This document shows positions 38,141 to 48,429 of a stretch of DNA of 64,000 nt, one piece after another; within the stretch, counting starts at the first letter, position 1; every line of letters begins with the position of its first letter. The notes beneath the pieces were generated by a model that was not told the DNA's origin, did no database searches, and saw only the letters and a list, made by a program, of their open reading frames with translations. The translations under genes and the position numbers were made by a program. The DNA comes from Spirochaetota bacterium (GTDB lineage Bacteria; Spirochaetota; UBA4802; UBA5550): the NCBI GenBank assembly GCA_963663865.1, contig OY760686.1, positions 768,001-832,000 on the forward strand, in the 5' to 3' direction.

Positions 38141-38377
38141 TCAGCCCCAGCGGGTCGAGGCCTCGTTGTACCCCGAGTCGCTGATGGCGATTCCGGCTTC
38201 GTGTTCGGTCAGAAAGCCCATATCCCTCAGGTCTTCGACCGCGGCTCTAAGGTCCCAGCCGGAGAGTCCCAGCTTGACTTCGAGGCTGTAAAGCGAGGTG
38301 TCGCCTGAACCAGACCTTTTAGATTCGAAAAGCGTCTGAAGTATGGAGCTGCATATTTTATTAAGTTCTTTTGGCAT
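38141..38377 (-). CDS. Small winged-helix-like protein (78 aa)
   Basis: MPKELNK...LEVKLGLSGWDLRAAVEDLRDMGFL...ISDSG; start trimmed from the longer ORF. Confidence 0.55.
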   Translation of the reverse strand: MPKELNKICSSILQTLFESKRSGSGDTSLYSLEVKLGLSGWDLRAAVEDLRDMGFLTEHEAGIAISDSGYNEASTRWG

Positions 38378-38655
38378 TTCTTTACCTGTCGTAGCGCTGT
38401 GTTTTTTAACCAGTCCCGGTATGTAAACAGACTTTTCTGGAAAGGGCTGCCGATTCGAGCTGATTGTTACTGCGAAAGCTGTTTTGTGCATATACGGATT
38501 ATGCACGGGATGCGGATATTTTTGGCTCTGTTGAATAAAATAATTTGACACCATTACCGCCAAAAGGCATCGTCATGCGGACATGTTTTTCAGAAACCTC
38601 TGTAAAGCAAGGGGTTTTTTGATATACAGCAGATCAAACACAACGGAAAAATGAA

Positions 38656-39354
38656 TTGAATACACAGAAAAGCAGTCTTCAGATAATACGGGAAATCAAA
38701 ATGATTCAGAAGAGGCCTGACGGCATTTTCGGAACCTTCATGACCAGGCCTGTCAGTCATCTTGTGGCGTTTACAGCCTTTAAAATGAATCTGTCACCGA
38801 ACTTTATCAGTGTACTGTCCTTTCTCTTTTGCGTGGGAGCTCTTCCATTTGTTGTTTTTCAGGCGGCCAGCCCGAGTCCCATGACTGTTGCCGTCTCCGT
38901 CTCGCTGTGGTGGCTGGGAGCTATTTTCGATGCTGCCGATGGAGACCTGGCACGGTACTCGGGCAGGGGTTCTCAGTTCGGGGGCTGGCTTGATTCCTTT
39001 CTCGACAGAATCAAGGAATTCGCGGTTTTTTCCGTTATGGGGTACCTGGCTTACAGGGTTTATGACACCGAGCTGTATCTGTTAATAGGCATTGTTGCTG
39101 TCTTTACAAATCTTATGAGCGGCTATATCAGCGACACCAAAAAGCTTTTTGTTACAGAGAGAAAGCCCGTTGTTGTTTTCTCAAAACGCTTTTCATTCGG
39201 TATGGCAGACACGAGAGATTTTATTATAATTTCCGGCCTTATTCTCAATGATTTTCGTATTCCGCTGTTTATTTACAGCAGCGCCTTTATGATAGCTCTT
39301 CTAATTCAGACAGTGTGGTTTTTTAAAAACTACGGCTCAGGGAAAACAAGCTGA
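38656..39354 (+). CDS. CDP-alcohol phosphatidyltransferase family protein
   Basis: DAADGDLARYSGRGSQFGGWLDSFLDR signature; SPN motif. Confidence 0.92.
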   Translation: MNTQKSSLQIIREIKMIQKRPDGIFGTFMTRPVSHLVAFTAFKMNLSPNFISVLSFLFCVGALPFVVFQAASPSPMTVAVSVSLWWLGAIFDAADGDLARYSGRGSQFGGWLDSFLDRIKEFAVFSVMGYLAYRVYDTELYLLIGIVAVFTNLMSGYISDTKKLFVTERKPVVVFSKRFSFGMADTRDFIIISGLILNDFRIPLFIYSSAFMIALLIQTVWFFKNYGSGKTS

Positions 39355-39385
39355 ATCATTGTTTGCAAAGGGACTAACTCTTTTT

Positions 39386-41446
39386 TCATGACTTGGTGAC
39401 AGGCAGCATTACCCTGAAGACCGTCCCTGCGCCGGGCTCACTGTCGACGCTTATACATCCGCCTGAACCGGTCACGATGCCATGGACAGTAGAAAGCCCA
39501 AGGCCTGTTCCTTCGCCCTGAGGCTTTGTAGTGAAAAAAGGCTCAAAGACTCTTTCAATATGCTGATGTTCTATGCCTGTGCCGTTGTCAGCGACCTCAA
39601 GCAGAATACATGGTCCGGCAGGCAGGTCGGAGCATTTTCTGAGGACTTCATCATCAACTATTAATTGTTCAAGTAAAACGGTGATTTTCCCGGTACGGGG
39701 AGTTATAGACTGAGCAGCATTTGCGCAGAGATTGATTATTATCTGCTGGAGCTGTGCAGGATTTATCATAACCGCGTCGGTTTCTTTTATATCAGCTTCT
39801 ATCTCTATGGCTAAGGGAGTAGTGGCCCGTACCAGTTTCAAGGCTTCCTCAACGACCGGCCCGGGCGTCAGTTGTGTTAGCTCAGTCCCTTTGTTCCTGC
39901 TGAATGTAAGTATCTGCTTAACAAGTTCCCTTGCACGCTCAGATGCCCCGATGACCTCAGTAAGATATTTCCTGGATTTATCCGGCAAGCTGCCAACCTT
40001 GAGTGAAAGCTCGGCAAAACCCACTATGCCGGAAAGTATGTTGTTGAAATCATGAGCTATGCCGCCGGCCATTGTTCCCATAGCTTCCATCTTTTGCGAT
40101 TGCAGCATGCTTTTTTCAAGCAGGTGTTGTGATGTTATATCTCTGCCGAAAAAAAGGTGGCTTTTAGGACTGCCCGCGTTGTCAAAGACAGATATCAGAG
40201 ATGAAGCCAGGTATAGGTGGGGGGTATTCTCATTTTTACTTAATATCTTTCCCTCCCATACGGCGGCGGATACCAGTTTGCTCCACACGTTGCCGGGAGG
40301 CTCCTCGGTTTTGAGGCATTCGAAGATATCCTTTTTTTTCAGCTGTTTCCAGTCGCTTGCTCCCGCGAGGGATGCTGCTGCTGAGTTTGCGAAAACAATT
40401 TTGCGTGCAGGATCCAGGCCTATTATTATTTCTCGGCTATGTAGAGCTATCTGTCGGAGCGTTTCAACAATCTCCTCGACAGGAACACTTGTTTTTCTGG
40501 CGTATTGGGCTATCCAGTAAAGGGTTAGAGCAACGAAAATCAGACCGCTGATGAGGATGCCAAGAAGTATCCGGTGTAGCGGTGCCATGATCTCACTGAG
40601 ATTTCTGGTTATAAATACAGTCCAGCCAGTAATTGGAACCGGTGCTATGCCGGCAATCTTTCGTATTCCCCTGAAGGTATAGGATTCGATATCAGGAACT
40701 GAAGTATTTACTTTTTTTGAAATTCTTTCCATTCCCGGCTCTTTTAGAATGTTTGTCATGAGCACAAGGTTTTCGTTCGGGTGCAGAAGAACAAGACCCT
40801 TTTTGTCAGTCACATAAGGATATCCGGTTTCACCGATTCTGATTTTTCGTACTATTTTAATCGCTGTGTCAGCGTCCATCGTCATTGCTATAAGTCCTAA
40901 AAATTGCCTGTACTGGAAGATTGGCGATGAGATAACAATTATGTTCTTTTGAGAATATTCAGAATAAAGAGGGCCTGTAACAGCGGAGAGGCCCTGCCTC
41001 GCTTTGTTGAAATAATCCCTGTCTGAAATATCGACTTTTGGGATAGGTCTCCCGGCCAAATCGAACTTCAGAATGCCATGATGATCGAAGAAGGCGATGG
41101 TTGAGTAATCCCGTTCAATTTTTTCGAGGATAGGCCTGACATGTTCAGAGGCTTTGTCATAGTTTTTCGCTGCGATATCTTCCTTAATGAGTGGGTTGGC
41201 GGACACTGCGTTACAGAGCTTCAGCTCCTGTTCGAAAAAGGTCTGAAGAGTCCTTGCCATATTAACCGCAACCTGTCTTGAGTTTTCCCCTGAAAGCCTT
41301 TCGAGTGACGCAGAAAGCGTGGTATTGACAATGAAAGCGGAAACCGCGAAGGGTGTGATTGCAGCTAAAAGAGTACTGGCAGCGAGCTTTGACCGGAAGG
41401 AGATTGAGGCAAAATAGCGTGGGAGACCTTTAAGTGACCTGATCAC
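39386..41446 (-). CDS. dCache-PAS histidine kinase
   Basis: TM-dCache (DRDYF, IGETGY, HP)-TM, PAS, AHDFNN, FEPFFTTK, GTGLGL; no receiver. Confidence 0.9.
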   Translation of the reverse strand: MIRSLKGLPRYFASISFRSKLAASTLLAAITPFAVSAFIVNTTLSASLERLSGENSRQVAVNMARTLQTFFEQELKLCNAVSANPLIKEDIAAKNYDKASEHVRPILEKIERDYSTIAFFDHHGILKFDLAGRPIPKVDISDRDYFNKARQGLSAVTGPLYSEYSQKNIIVISSPIFQYRQFLGLIAMTMDADTAIKIVRKIRIGETGYPYVTDKKGLVLLHPNENLVLMTNILKEPGMERISKKVNTSVPDIESYTFRGIRKIAGIAPVPITGWTVFITRNLSEIMAPLHRILLGILISGLIFVALTLYWIAQYARKTSVPVEEIVETLRQIALHSREIIIGLDPARKIVFANSAAASLAGASDWKQLKKKDIFECLKTEEPPGNVWSKLVSAAVWEGKILSKNENTPHLYLASSLISVFDNAGSPKSHLFFGRDITSQHLLEKSMLQSQKMEAMGTMAGGIAHDFNNILSGIVGFAELSLKVGSLPDKSRKYLTEVIGASERARELVKQILTFSRNKGTELTQLTPGPVVEEALKLVRATTPLAIEIEADIKETDAVMINPAQLQQIIINLCANAAQSITPRTGKITVLLEQLIVDDEVLRKCSDLPAGPCILLEVADNGTGIEHQHIERVFEPFFTTKPQGEGTGLGLSTVHGIVTGSGGCISVDSEPGAGTVFRVMLPVTKS

Positions 41447-41490
41447 ATTGATTCACCATATCCTGTATGGAATCGATACGACGGCAGATG

Positions 41491-43986
41491 TCATGCCAGG
41501 TTCCCAGAACCGGGCTTTTTCAGACTGACCGCCTTTTGCAAAGAGGCAAACAGCTCTCTGCCCAAAATAGGTTTTACCAGAACATCTGAAATTGAGAATT
41601 CCTCTGTCCTCTTTTCAATATCCGGAGTAATAAAACCTGTTATAAGAATTACTGGAATATCTGAAGAAATATCTCGTATTTCGTATATCATTTCAAGACC
41701 TGTTTTGTTTGGCATTGCGTTGTCAGAGATTATAATATCGAATCTATCTGGAACTGATTTGAACACGGCAAGGGCTTCATCGGCTGTGGAATAAGAATAA
41801 ACCGAGTAACCCTGATCATGAAGCATTCCAGCGAGAGATTCCAGCACCGGCTTCTCATCTTCTACAAGCAGCACTCTCTCGCCGCCTCCAAGTGAAGGGC
41901 TGTCGGGGGCTGTTTTGATTTTGCAGCTTTCCTCAGTCACAGGATAAAGAATAGTAAAAACTGTTCCGTGACCGGGATCGCTTTTCACAGATATGGAACC
42001 TCCACCTTTCCAGATGATTTCAGCAACGACAGCTAAGCCCAGCCCTGTGCCGCCGGAGTCCTCCCGCGTAGTATAAAATGGCTCAAATATCCTCTCAAGT
42101 TTTTCGGGGTTGATTCCGCAGCCGTTGTCGGAAAATTCTATTTTAACATACCTTCCTGGTGGGGGTTCCGCGCCATTTAAAGTATTAAAGGGGGGGATAT
42201 CGGCATCTTCGATTTTTACGCTTATTATTCCTCCTTCTCCGCTTATCGCGTTCGCCGCGTTAGTACACATATTCATGAAAATCTGATGAATCTGAACGGG
42301 GTCGGCGAGTATTTTTGAAGTGCTATATGCCTCAATTCTCAGTTCAATATCCTGAGGAATGACCGCCTTAAGGAGGCGGAACATGTCAGATAGTATGGCC
42401 CCCGGAGCGACTGGAACTTTTAAAGATTCAATCTGACGGTTGAACACTACAATTTGCTTAATTAGATCCCGTGCTCTTTCAGATATCTTGATAATCTCTC
42501 CAATATATCGGGATGCCTTTTCCGGCAGGCCGTCGACTTTAAAACTCAGTTCCGAGTACCCCAATATCGCTGCGAGGATGTTGTTGAAATTATGAGCTAT
42601 ACCAGCGGCCATTGATCCAATAGATTCAATTTGGCCTGCCTGCCTGATTTTTTTGCCGGCATTGAGCTCTAACGTGATATCTCTGCCCATAAAGAGATAA
42701 CTCCTGGTCCGTTTATCCTCGTCCTTGATGGGCAGTATCATCGAACTTACAGCAATAACACCCTTTGTGGTACTGATCTCAATCGTATCTGACCAGGATT
42801 TGCCCGAACTCAGACTTTTCTGAAATGCATCTACCTTGCTATCCGGTATCAGGCCGGAGAATAGGGGGCTGCCTTCAAGTTCTTTCTCAGATTTACCGAA
42901 AAGGCGCAATGCGGCCGGATTGGCAAAGGTGATTTGCATCTCGGAGTTTAAACCGGCTATTGCTTCATTTGTTGAGGCAGTTATCTGTTTTAGCGTCTCA
43001 TTCAATTTTTCCACTGGAATGGCTATTCGGCGTGTAAAGAGCCCGGCAGCAATCAGCGTTAAAACAAGAAAAAGAAGCCCGCTTACAGATATTGAAGTCG
43101 TTACCTCTAAGAGTGGTTTCATTATCTCGTCCTTGTTCTGGGTGAAAACTGCATTCCAGCTTCCCGGATAGACGGGTGTAATTCCGCAAATTTTTGTAGT
43201 GCCCATAAAGGAGTATTCAGCTGATCCGCTCATACCTTTTCCCATTATTTCAAGAATAGGTCTGATTCCAGGGTCGATGCTAAGTGCCGGTTTCATGATT
43301 AATTCTGATACTGGATGAGCGAGAACAAGTCCGTCAGAATTTGTTATCAGCGCGTAGCCGCTTTCACCTATTTTGGAATCACGGATGATTTCAAGCAGAT
43401 TCTCAAGACGAAGCGACAACGCGCACAGGCCGAGAAAAGTGTCACCTTTGAATATTGGGGCTGAAACAATAATTATCGTCCACGAAGTGTAGCGCGATAT
43501 GAGAGGCCCGGCTATTGTGGGGAGCCCCATTTTTGCACGTTTAAAGTACTCTCTGTCGGATAAGTCAAGATACGTCGTTTTTCTGTCGCCGATCATCTGC
43601 ATTCTGAGGATGCCGTTTCTGTCGGTGATGAACAGGTTGTTGTAACCTTTTCCGATTTTGTCTAATACCGGCCTTAAGCAGGTGTTCATCGTGGAATACT
43701 GCCCTGAAGCAAGTGACTCAACAATCACAGGGTCTGATGATATTGCTGAAGCAATCTTGATTTCCTGGTTGAAGCGAGTCCTTACTATTTCAGCAACGCT
43801 CCGGGATATCCTTAATGCGTCATTCCTCGCGTTATTTGAAAGGGACTTCGAGAGAGCAATCTGAAGGGCTATTCCGAGCGAGAAAAAGAGAAACACTATA
43901 AGTACTATAGCCTGCAAAAACAGCCGGGCTCTCAAAGGAAGTCCGTGCAGATGTTCCATAAGAATCCTGTAACGCTTTTTGATCAT
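41491..43986 (-). CDS. dCache-PAS hybrid histidine kinase/receiver
   Basis: DREYF and IGESGY dCache motifs; AHNFNN; FEPFYTT; receiver ISDNAMP; paralogue of the downstream kinase; ATG 43986 preferred. Confidence 0.9.
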   Translation of the reverse strand: MIKKRYRILMEHLHGLPLRARLFLQAIVLIVFLFFSLGIALQIALSKSLSNNARNDALRISRSVAEIVRTRFNQEIKIASAISSDPVIVESLASGQYSTMNTCLRPVLDKIGKGYNNLFITDRNGILRMQMIGDRKTTYLDLSDREYFKRAKMGLPTIAGPLISRYTSWTIIIVSAPIFKGDTFLGLCALSLRLENLLEIIRDSKIGESGYALITNSDGLVLAHPVSELIMKPALSIDPGIRPILEIMGKGMSGSAEYSFMGTTKICGITPVYPGSWNAVFTQNKDEIMKPLLEVTTSISVSGLLFLVLTLIAAGLFTRRIAIPVEKLNETLKQITASTNEAIAGLNSEMQITFANPAALRLFGKSEKELEGSPLFSGLIPDSKVDAFQKSLSSGKSWSDTIEISTTKGVIAVSSMILPIKDEDKRTRSYLFMGRDITLELNAGKKIRQAGQIESIGSMAAGIAHNFNNILAAILGYSELSFKVDGLPEKASRYIGEIIKISERARDLIKQIVVFNRQIESLKVPVAPGAILSDMFRLLKAVIPQDIELRIEAYSTSKILADPVQIHQIFMNMCTNAANAISGEGGIISVKIEDADIPPFNTLNGAEPPPGRYVKIEFSDNGCGINPEKLERIFEPFYTTREDSGGTGLGLAVVAEIIWKGGGSISVKSDPGHGTVFTILYPVTEESCKIKTAPDSPSLGGGERVLLVEDEKPVLESLAGMLHDQGYSVYSYSTADEALAVFKSVPDRFDIIISDNAMPNKTGLEMIYEIRDISSDIPVILITGFITPDIEKRTEEFSISDVLVKPILGRELFASLQKAVSLKKPGSGNLA

Positions 43987-44418
43987 CCGGGCTCCAGGGG
44001 GATATAAAGGAACTTGCAAGATATGAATTATATAGTATAAGTTTTATGATGTCAATTTGTTTGTTGGGGAATAATCCGTGGGGATTATGAGTCTTTAAGA
44101 GTGAATCTCCACGAGCAGTACCACTCTTCCGGTCTTGACAGTTCTTTCTCTTTACATGGTTGCCTCCATTTCATTCAAGCAATGCTGTGGCCTTTTTTCG
44201 ATTAAATCAAGGTGATATTTTTTATGCATTAGGTGCTGAGGGGAAAACATTAAATAATACAGGTTTAAATTGCTTGTTGGAGAATTTCCCTTGCGGAATT
44301 TGGTATTCGAGTAAACTATTATCAATATGATCTGTCTGGCTGCGTGTGAATTTGAGTGGTTTTGAGTTCATTAAAGCAATCTCAGAGGGCGGTTTTGTCG
44401 CGGTGAGGGCGGTGAAAA

Positions 44419-44757
44419 ATGGATAATATGATTAAACGTATTCTTGAGGCTGCTGAGATCCTCGAACTGGGTGAAAAGGCCAGTCTTGTGGATATCAACC
44501 GGAAGTATAAAAATCTGCTGTTTAAGTGGCACCCTGACCGCTGCCGTAATAACATGGCTGAATGCAGGGCTATGACCGAAAAGGTCATCGAAGCGCACAG
44601 GGTTTTGACTGAATACTGTTGTAGTCAAAGCTTTTCCTTCAAAGAGGAAGATATCAGCTGCTTAGATGATTCGGATATGGATCCGGATGAGTTCTGGCAG
44701 CGTAAGTTTGGGCATGATCCGCACTGGGGCTACCCGGGACACGGACGCGGGAAATAG
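44419..44757 (+). CDS. Small DnaJ-domain protein
   Basis: ILEL...YKNLLFKWHPD J-domain; C-terminal FWQRKFGHDPHWG. Confidence 0.85.
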   Translation: MDNMIKRILEAAEILELGEKASLVDINRKYKNLLFKWHPDRCRNNMAECRAMTEKVIEAHRVLTEYCCSQSFSFKEEDISCLDDSDMDPDEFWQRKFGHDPHWGYPGHGRGK

Positions 44758-45040
44758 CACTGTGTGAAGCGTGTTTGATATGTCTTGTACCTATATATAT
44801 AGCCGGGAGCTTTTTCAGATGATTCCGGCAAAATCAGAAAATAATTAATATTTTTCAACCTCTGCTGGCAAATTGAGAGTGTTGCATAATGGATACATGG
44901 TTGATTAAAAGCAACAGTTTTTCCGCATGATTGGTTGTTTTGTAACTTTGGCCCTCTTTTCTCTCTTTTTTTACACTTGTAACCCCTTGAAAAATCAGGA
45001 GATATGAAATAGTTATAAAATTGCGTGTTTGTCGGGAATG

Positions 45041-45057
45041 TTGGCATAAATATTGCT
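45041..45057 (+). promoter_or_regulatory. Sigma54 (-24/-12) promoter
   Basis: TTGGCATAAATATTGCT with exact GG-N10-GC spacing, about 115 bp upstream of ino1. Confidence 0.7.
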
Positions 45058-45171
45058 TAAATTGTAGTAGCAGATTGTGGCGATGCCGCGATTAATTATG
45101 CGTGAAAAATCGGGAAGCGGATTCGCTTCCTTTAATATTGTTTAAGACAGGTGATTTTTGGAGGATCATTC

Positions 45172-46458
45172 GTGGAAAGAAAAGCAAAAATAAAAGTTGG
45201 TATTGTGGGCGTGGGAAACTGCGCGAAATCTCTTGTTGAGGGAATTCAGTACTATGTACAGAATCCGGAAGATAAAGTTGGCCTTATGTACGAGGATATC
45301 GGCGGATATACGGTTAATGACATTGAGTTCGTAATCGGATTTGACGTTGACAGCCGCAAGGTAAACCGTCCGCTCGCGGAGGCGCTTAGAGCCGCGCCTA
45401 ACTGCGCGATGGATCATGTCGGGGAAATTGACAACACCTGTGTCGCAAAGGGAGCAATGGTTTACTGTACACCGGTTCTTGACGGTGTGGCGGACTACAT
45501 GCTTGAGTATCCCGAGGATGTTTCATTCAGGGTCTGCAATGACGGAGAGAAAAAAGCCGAAGAGATTATTGAGCTTATTAAAAAAGCAGGCGTTGATGTA
45601 CTTATAAACTACCTGCCCGTTGGCTCTGAAGAGGGCACGAGGTTCTGGGTGGATGTCGCGATTAAGGCGGGCGTTCACTTTGTAAACTGTATCCCGACTC
45701 TTATCGCAACCAGGGACACTCAGGAAATTGAGCAGCGCTTCATTGACGCTGGACTTACAATTGTCGGATCCGATATGAGATCCGCGTGGGGTTCATCACG
45801 CATGTCCGAGGTTCTTCAGGGAGCCATGCTTGACTCTGGTCTTGTTGTTACACAGCATATTCAGATGAACATGGCGTCGGGAAGTACTCAGGGACAGGAA
45901 AATGTGCGCACGGGAAGGACTGCAAATACAGATTTTCTCAATATGTCGAGACAGTATCGACTTGAAAATAAACATATCTCAAAGGAAAACGTTCTCAAGG
46001 GTCAGAATATTGTAAGAAATGAATCGATAAGCGGCATGACTCTTTTCGCGGGACCATCGCTCACCGTTCAGCAAAAGCCCGGCGGAAAGTATGTAGGCTC
46101 AGATAACAAGGTCGCCAACTTTGATATTATCGCTTACGGATTTGCTGGGGCCCGCTATGAGCTGACTGCCCGTCTGTCAGTTCAGGACTCGCCGAACTCG
46201 GGCGGGGTTGTAGTGTCAGCTATCCGCTTTTGCAAGGTGGCTTCAGAAATGGGAATCGTCGGTTTTCTCAGAGGTCCTTCAGCGTGGACTCAGAAAACTC
46301 CGCCGCTGCAGCTTCGAACAAGCGATGCGAAGTTTGAATGTGACGCGCTTGCCCGGAGGACATTTACTGACCTTACAACTCCTCAAAAGAAGGAGAATAA
46401 TCCAAAGGCAAAAGACCTTCCTTTTACTTTTCAGGACAGTAAAAACGATTATCAGTGA
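45172..46458 (+). CDS. ino1: myo-inositol-1-phosphate synthase
   Basis: GVGNCAKSLVEG, NYLPVGSE, FVNCIP, NTDFLNM, DSPNSGG; GTG start after GGAGG. Confidence 0.92.
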   Translation: MERKAKIKVGIVGVGNCAKSLVEGIQYYVQNPEDKVGLMYEDIGGYTVNDIEFVIGFDVDSRKVNRPLAEALRAAPNCAMDHVGEIDNTCVAKGAMVYCTPVLDGVADYMLEYPEDVSFRVCNDGEKKAEEIIELIKKAGVDVLINYLPVGSEEGTRFWVDVAIKAGVHFVNCIPTLIATRDTQEIEQRFIDAGLTIVGSDMRSAWGSSRMSEVLQGAMLDSGLVVTQHIQMNMASGSTQGQENVRTGRTANTDFLNMSRQYRLENKHISKENVLKGQNIVRNESISGMTLFAGPSLTVQQKPGGKYVGSDNKVANFDIIAYGFAGARYELTARLSVQDSPNSGGVVVSAIRFCKVASEMGIVGFLRGPSAWTQKTPPLQLRTSDAKFECDALARRTFTDLTTPQKKENNPKAKDLPFTFQDSKNDYQ

Positions 46459-46484
46459 AATGAAATAAAGATTTTAATATGAAA

Positions 46485-46528
46485 ACAAAAGAGAGCTGGG
46501 TCGGTATGCCGACCCAGCTCTCTTTTGT
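46485..46528. terminator. Bidirectional Rho-independent terminator
   Basis: ACAAAAGAGAGCTGGGTCGG-TATG-CCGACCCAGCTCTCTTTTGT between convergent genes. Confidence 0.85.
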
Positions 46529-46628
46529 GTAATATGCAATGCCTCGTTGAGATATAGAAAAGCAGTTCTGCTATACAATAGGCATTGCTATGTGAGAAGA
46601 AAAATAGACTTTTTAACCTGGAATAAAA

Positions 46629-46904
46629 CTACTTAACTGATATCTTCCCACCAGAAATCTCAATTGTCTCACCGCCTCTCAGCGTGACAGTGCTGCCGCC
46701 GAGTGTGACTGTACATGGCCCGGATCCCTGTATTGTAGCTGATGCAGTCCTGCTTGAACCAAATGAAACAGTTTTAGAGGATCCGCTGCAAACTGCGCTG
46801 GCAGTATAATCTCTGGAGTCCTTGTTGTAATAGCGGACAGTTACACCGGCAAATGCTGCGATAGCAAAGCAAAGGACAAAGAATGCGCAAAATAACTTTT
46901 TCAT
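46629..46904 (-). CDS. Small secreted beta-rich protein (91 aa, 2 Cys)
   Basis: Signal peptide ending AFA; GAGG RBS. Confidence 0.8.
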   Translation of the reverse strand: MKKLFCAFFVLCFAIAAFAGVTVRYYNKDSRDYTASAVCSGSSKTVSFGSSRTASATIQGSGPCTVTLGGSTVTLRGGETIEISGGKISVK

Positions 46905-47057
46905 ACTTTCACCTCGTGTGATTTTATAATATTAGTTACTTTAACCTGGTGTCTAAAATAAATCAACTATAATATTTAAAATATCTTACAATGGAGCAAG
47001 CATGATTACACAAGCGATATTATAGGCCATAAAAAGTCTTCATCTAGAGACAATCCA

Positions 47058-48290
47058 TTATTCATTCTTTGAAATCCGGGAGGAAGCCTTTTGCTCCAGG
47101 CTTATTCGCCTGAAGTCCGCCGGTGTAATCTTCATGTGCTTGTTGAAAACCCTGTAGAAAGTACCAAGGTGATCAAAACCGCAGTCATTCGCTACTTGGC
47201 AGATTGACTTGTCTGTGTGCACTATATCATTCGCAGCTTTATCAATTCTCAGCCCGTAAATGTAATCAATCAGCTTTGTCCCGGTGTAAAGCTTGAAATA
47301 TCTGCCGAGATTGTCCGGGTTTATTCCGACCATTTCAGCCAGTCCTTCACGTGAAATATTTCTATTGTAGTTATTATTTATGTATTCTATTGTTGATTTA
47401 ATCTTTTCTCTGGTGGTTTCTGTAATTTTCCATGAAGGAAACTTTTTTTGTTCTTTCAGGACATCAACTGTTTTTTCACGATTAATATATCTTTTATATG
47501 CATTTATGTAGTTTGACTTGATTCTTAACACAAGAAAAGGGATAAACAATAAAATAATGGAACATGCAAGCACCGAAAAGTATTTCAGTATATTGAAGTT
47601 TTTTGAATACAGCTTCATGCGGTAATCTGACAATGAGATGTGGACTGTGCCGATGGTCTTTCCTCTGTAGTCGATATTTTCCGAAAATCTGAATGTTGTT
47701 CCTTCGGGGTAGCGCCTGTTATATTTTGCTATTGAATATCCCGCCGTGTCAACTATCTCTAAACTTGTGATATCTTTATCTCTAAAAAACGAGGCTGTAC
47801 TCTTCACAATAAGATCAGTATTGTAGTTCCAGAGGTTGAACATATTTGCGGCAATCAAGGCGTTGAGTATTTTTTTTGCTTTTTCATGGACTCGAAGGTC
47901 GGAAACGCCAATTTCATAGTAGCCTGAAATAAATCCGCCCACTTTGAGTTCGCCTTTTTTAGAAACAACAGAACTAATTCCGTTATCGCACTGGAAAATT
48001 GAATTATTGTTTTCATCGTATACTTTGATATAAGCAATCTCTCTATTCTTGCAAAAGGGTTGTATGTCATCTTGTACTGACTCATAATCTTTGGTGTTAA
48101 CTGAAAAGGCGGACATACTTGATATTTGATTGAGGTAGTTCGTTACCTTGTCGTCAAGAGCGGAGGACTCCGAGTCGGCGTAGTGCAGTGTAAACGCGAA
48201 TATCATCAAAAAAACAAGCGCCGACAATATGAGTGCCGCGAATAAAAGCTTGTTGTTAGAAAAGATAACTTTTAACATAGAGGTGTCCAT
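47058..48290 (-). CDS. Membrane-anchored AraC-family regulator with periplasmic domain, copy 1
   Basis: Two TM segments flanking an NLWNY-containing domain; AraC HTH (ISREGLAEMV...LGRYFK...CGFDHLGTFYRVF...TPADFR). Confidence 0.88.
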   Translation of the reverse strand: MDTSMLKVIFSNNKLLFAALILSALVFLMIFAFTLHYADSESSALDDKVTNYLNQISSMSAFSVNTKDYESVQDDIQPFCKNREIAYIKVYDENNNSIFQCDNGISSVVSKKGELKVGGFISGYYEIGVSDLRVHEKAKKILNALIAANMFNLWNYNTDLIVKSTASFFRDKDITSLEIVDTAGYSIAKYNRRYPEGTTFRFSENIDYRGKTIGTVHISLSDYRMKLYSKNFNILKYFSVLACSIILLFIPFLVLRIKSNYINAYKRYINREKTVDVLKEQKKFPSWKITETTREKIKSTIEYINNNYNRNISREGLAEMVGINPDNLGRYFKLYTGTKLIDYIYGLRIDKAANDIVHTDKSICQVANDCGFDHLGTFYRVFNKHMKITPADFRRISLEQKASSRISKNE

Positions 48291-48429
48291 TTAATATCCT
48301 TATTGGAATAAGCTTTGCATAGAAAAATATCATACAAAAAAGACAATGCGATATGTCGAAGAATATAAGCAAATCTGAAAATGTGCATGTTTTAATATGC
48401 AGCTCTGTCTCCCAATTCAGGTAGAGAAG

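Noticed and set aside
44345-44385. HAIR/CIRCE heat-shock operator upstream of the J-domain gene
   Set aside because: Only a TTGAGT half-site; the inverted half does not match.
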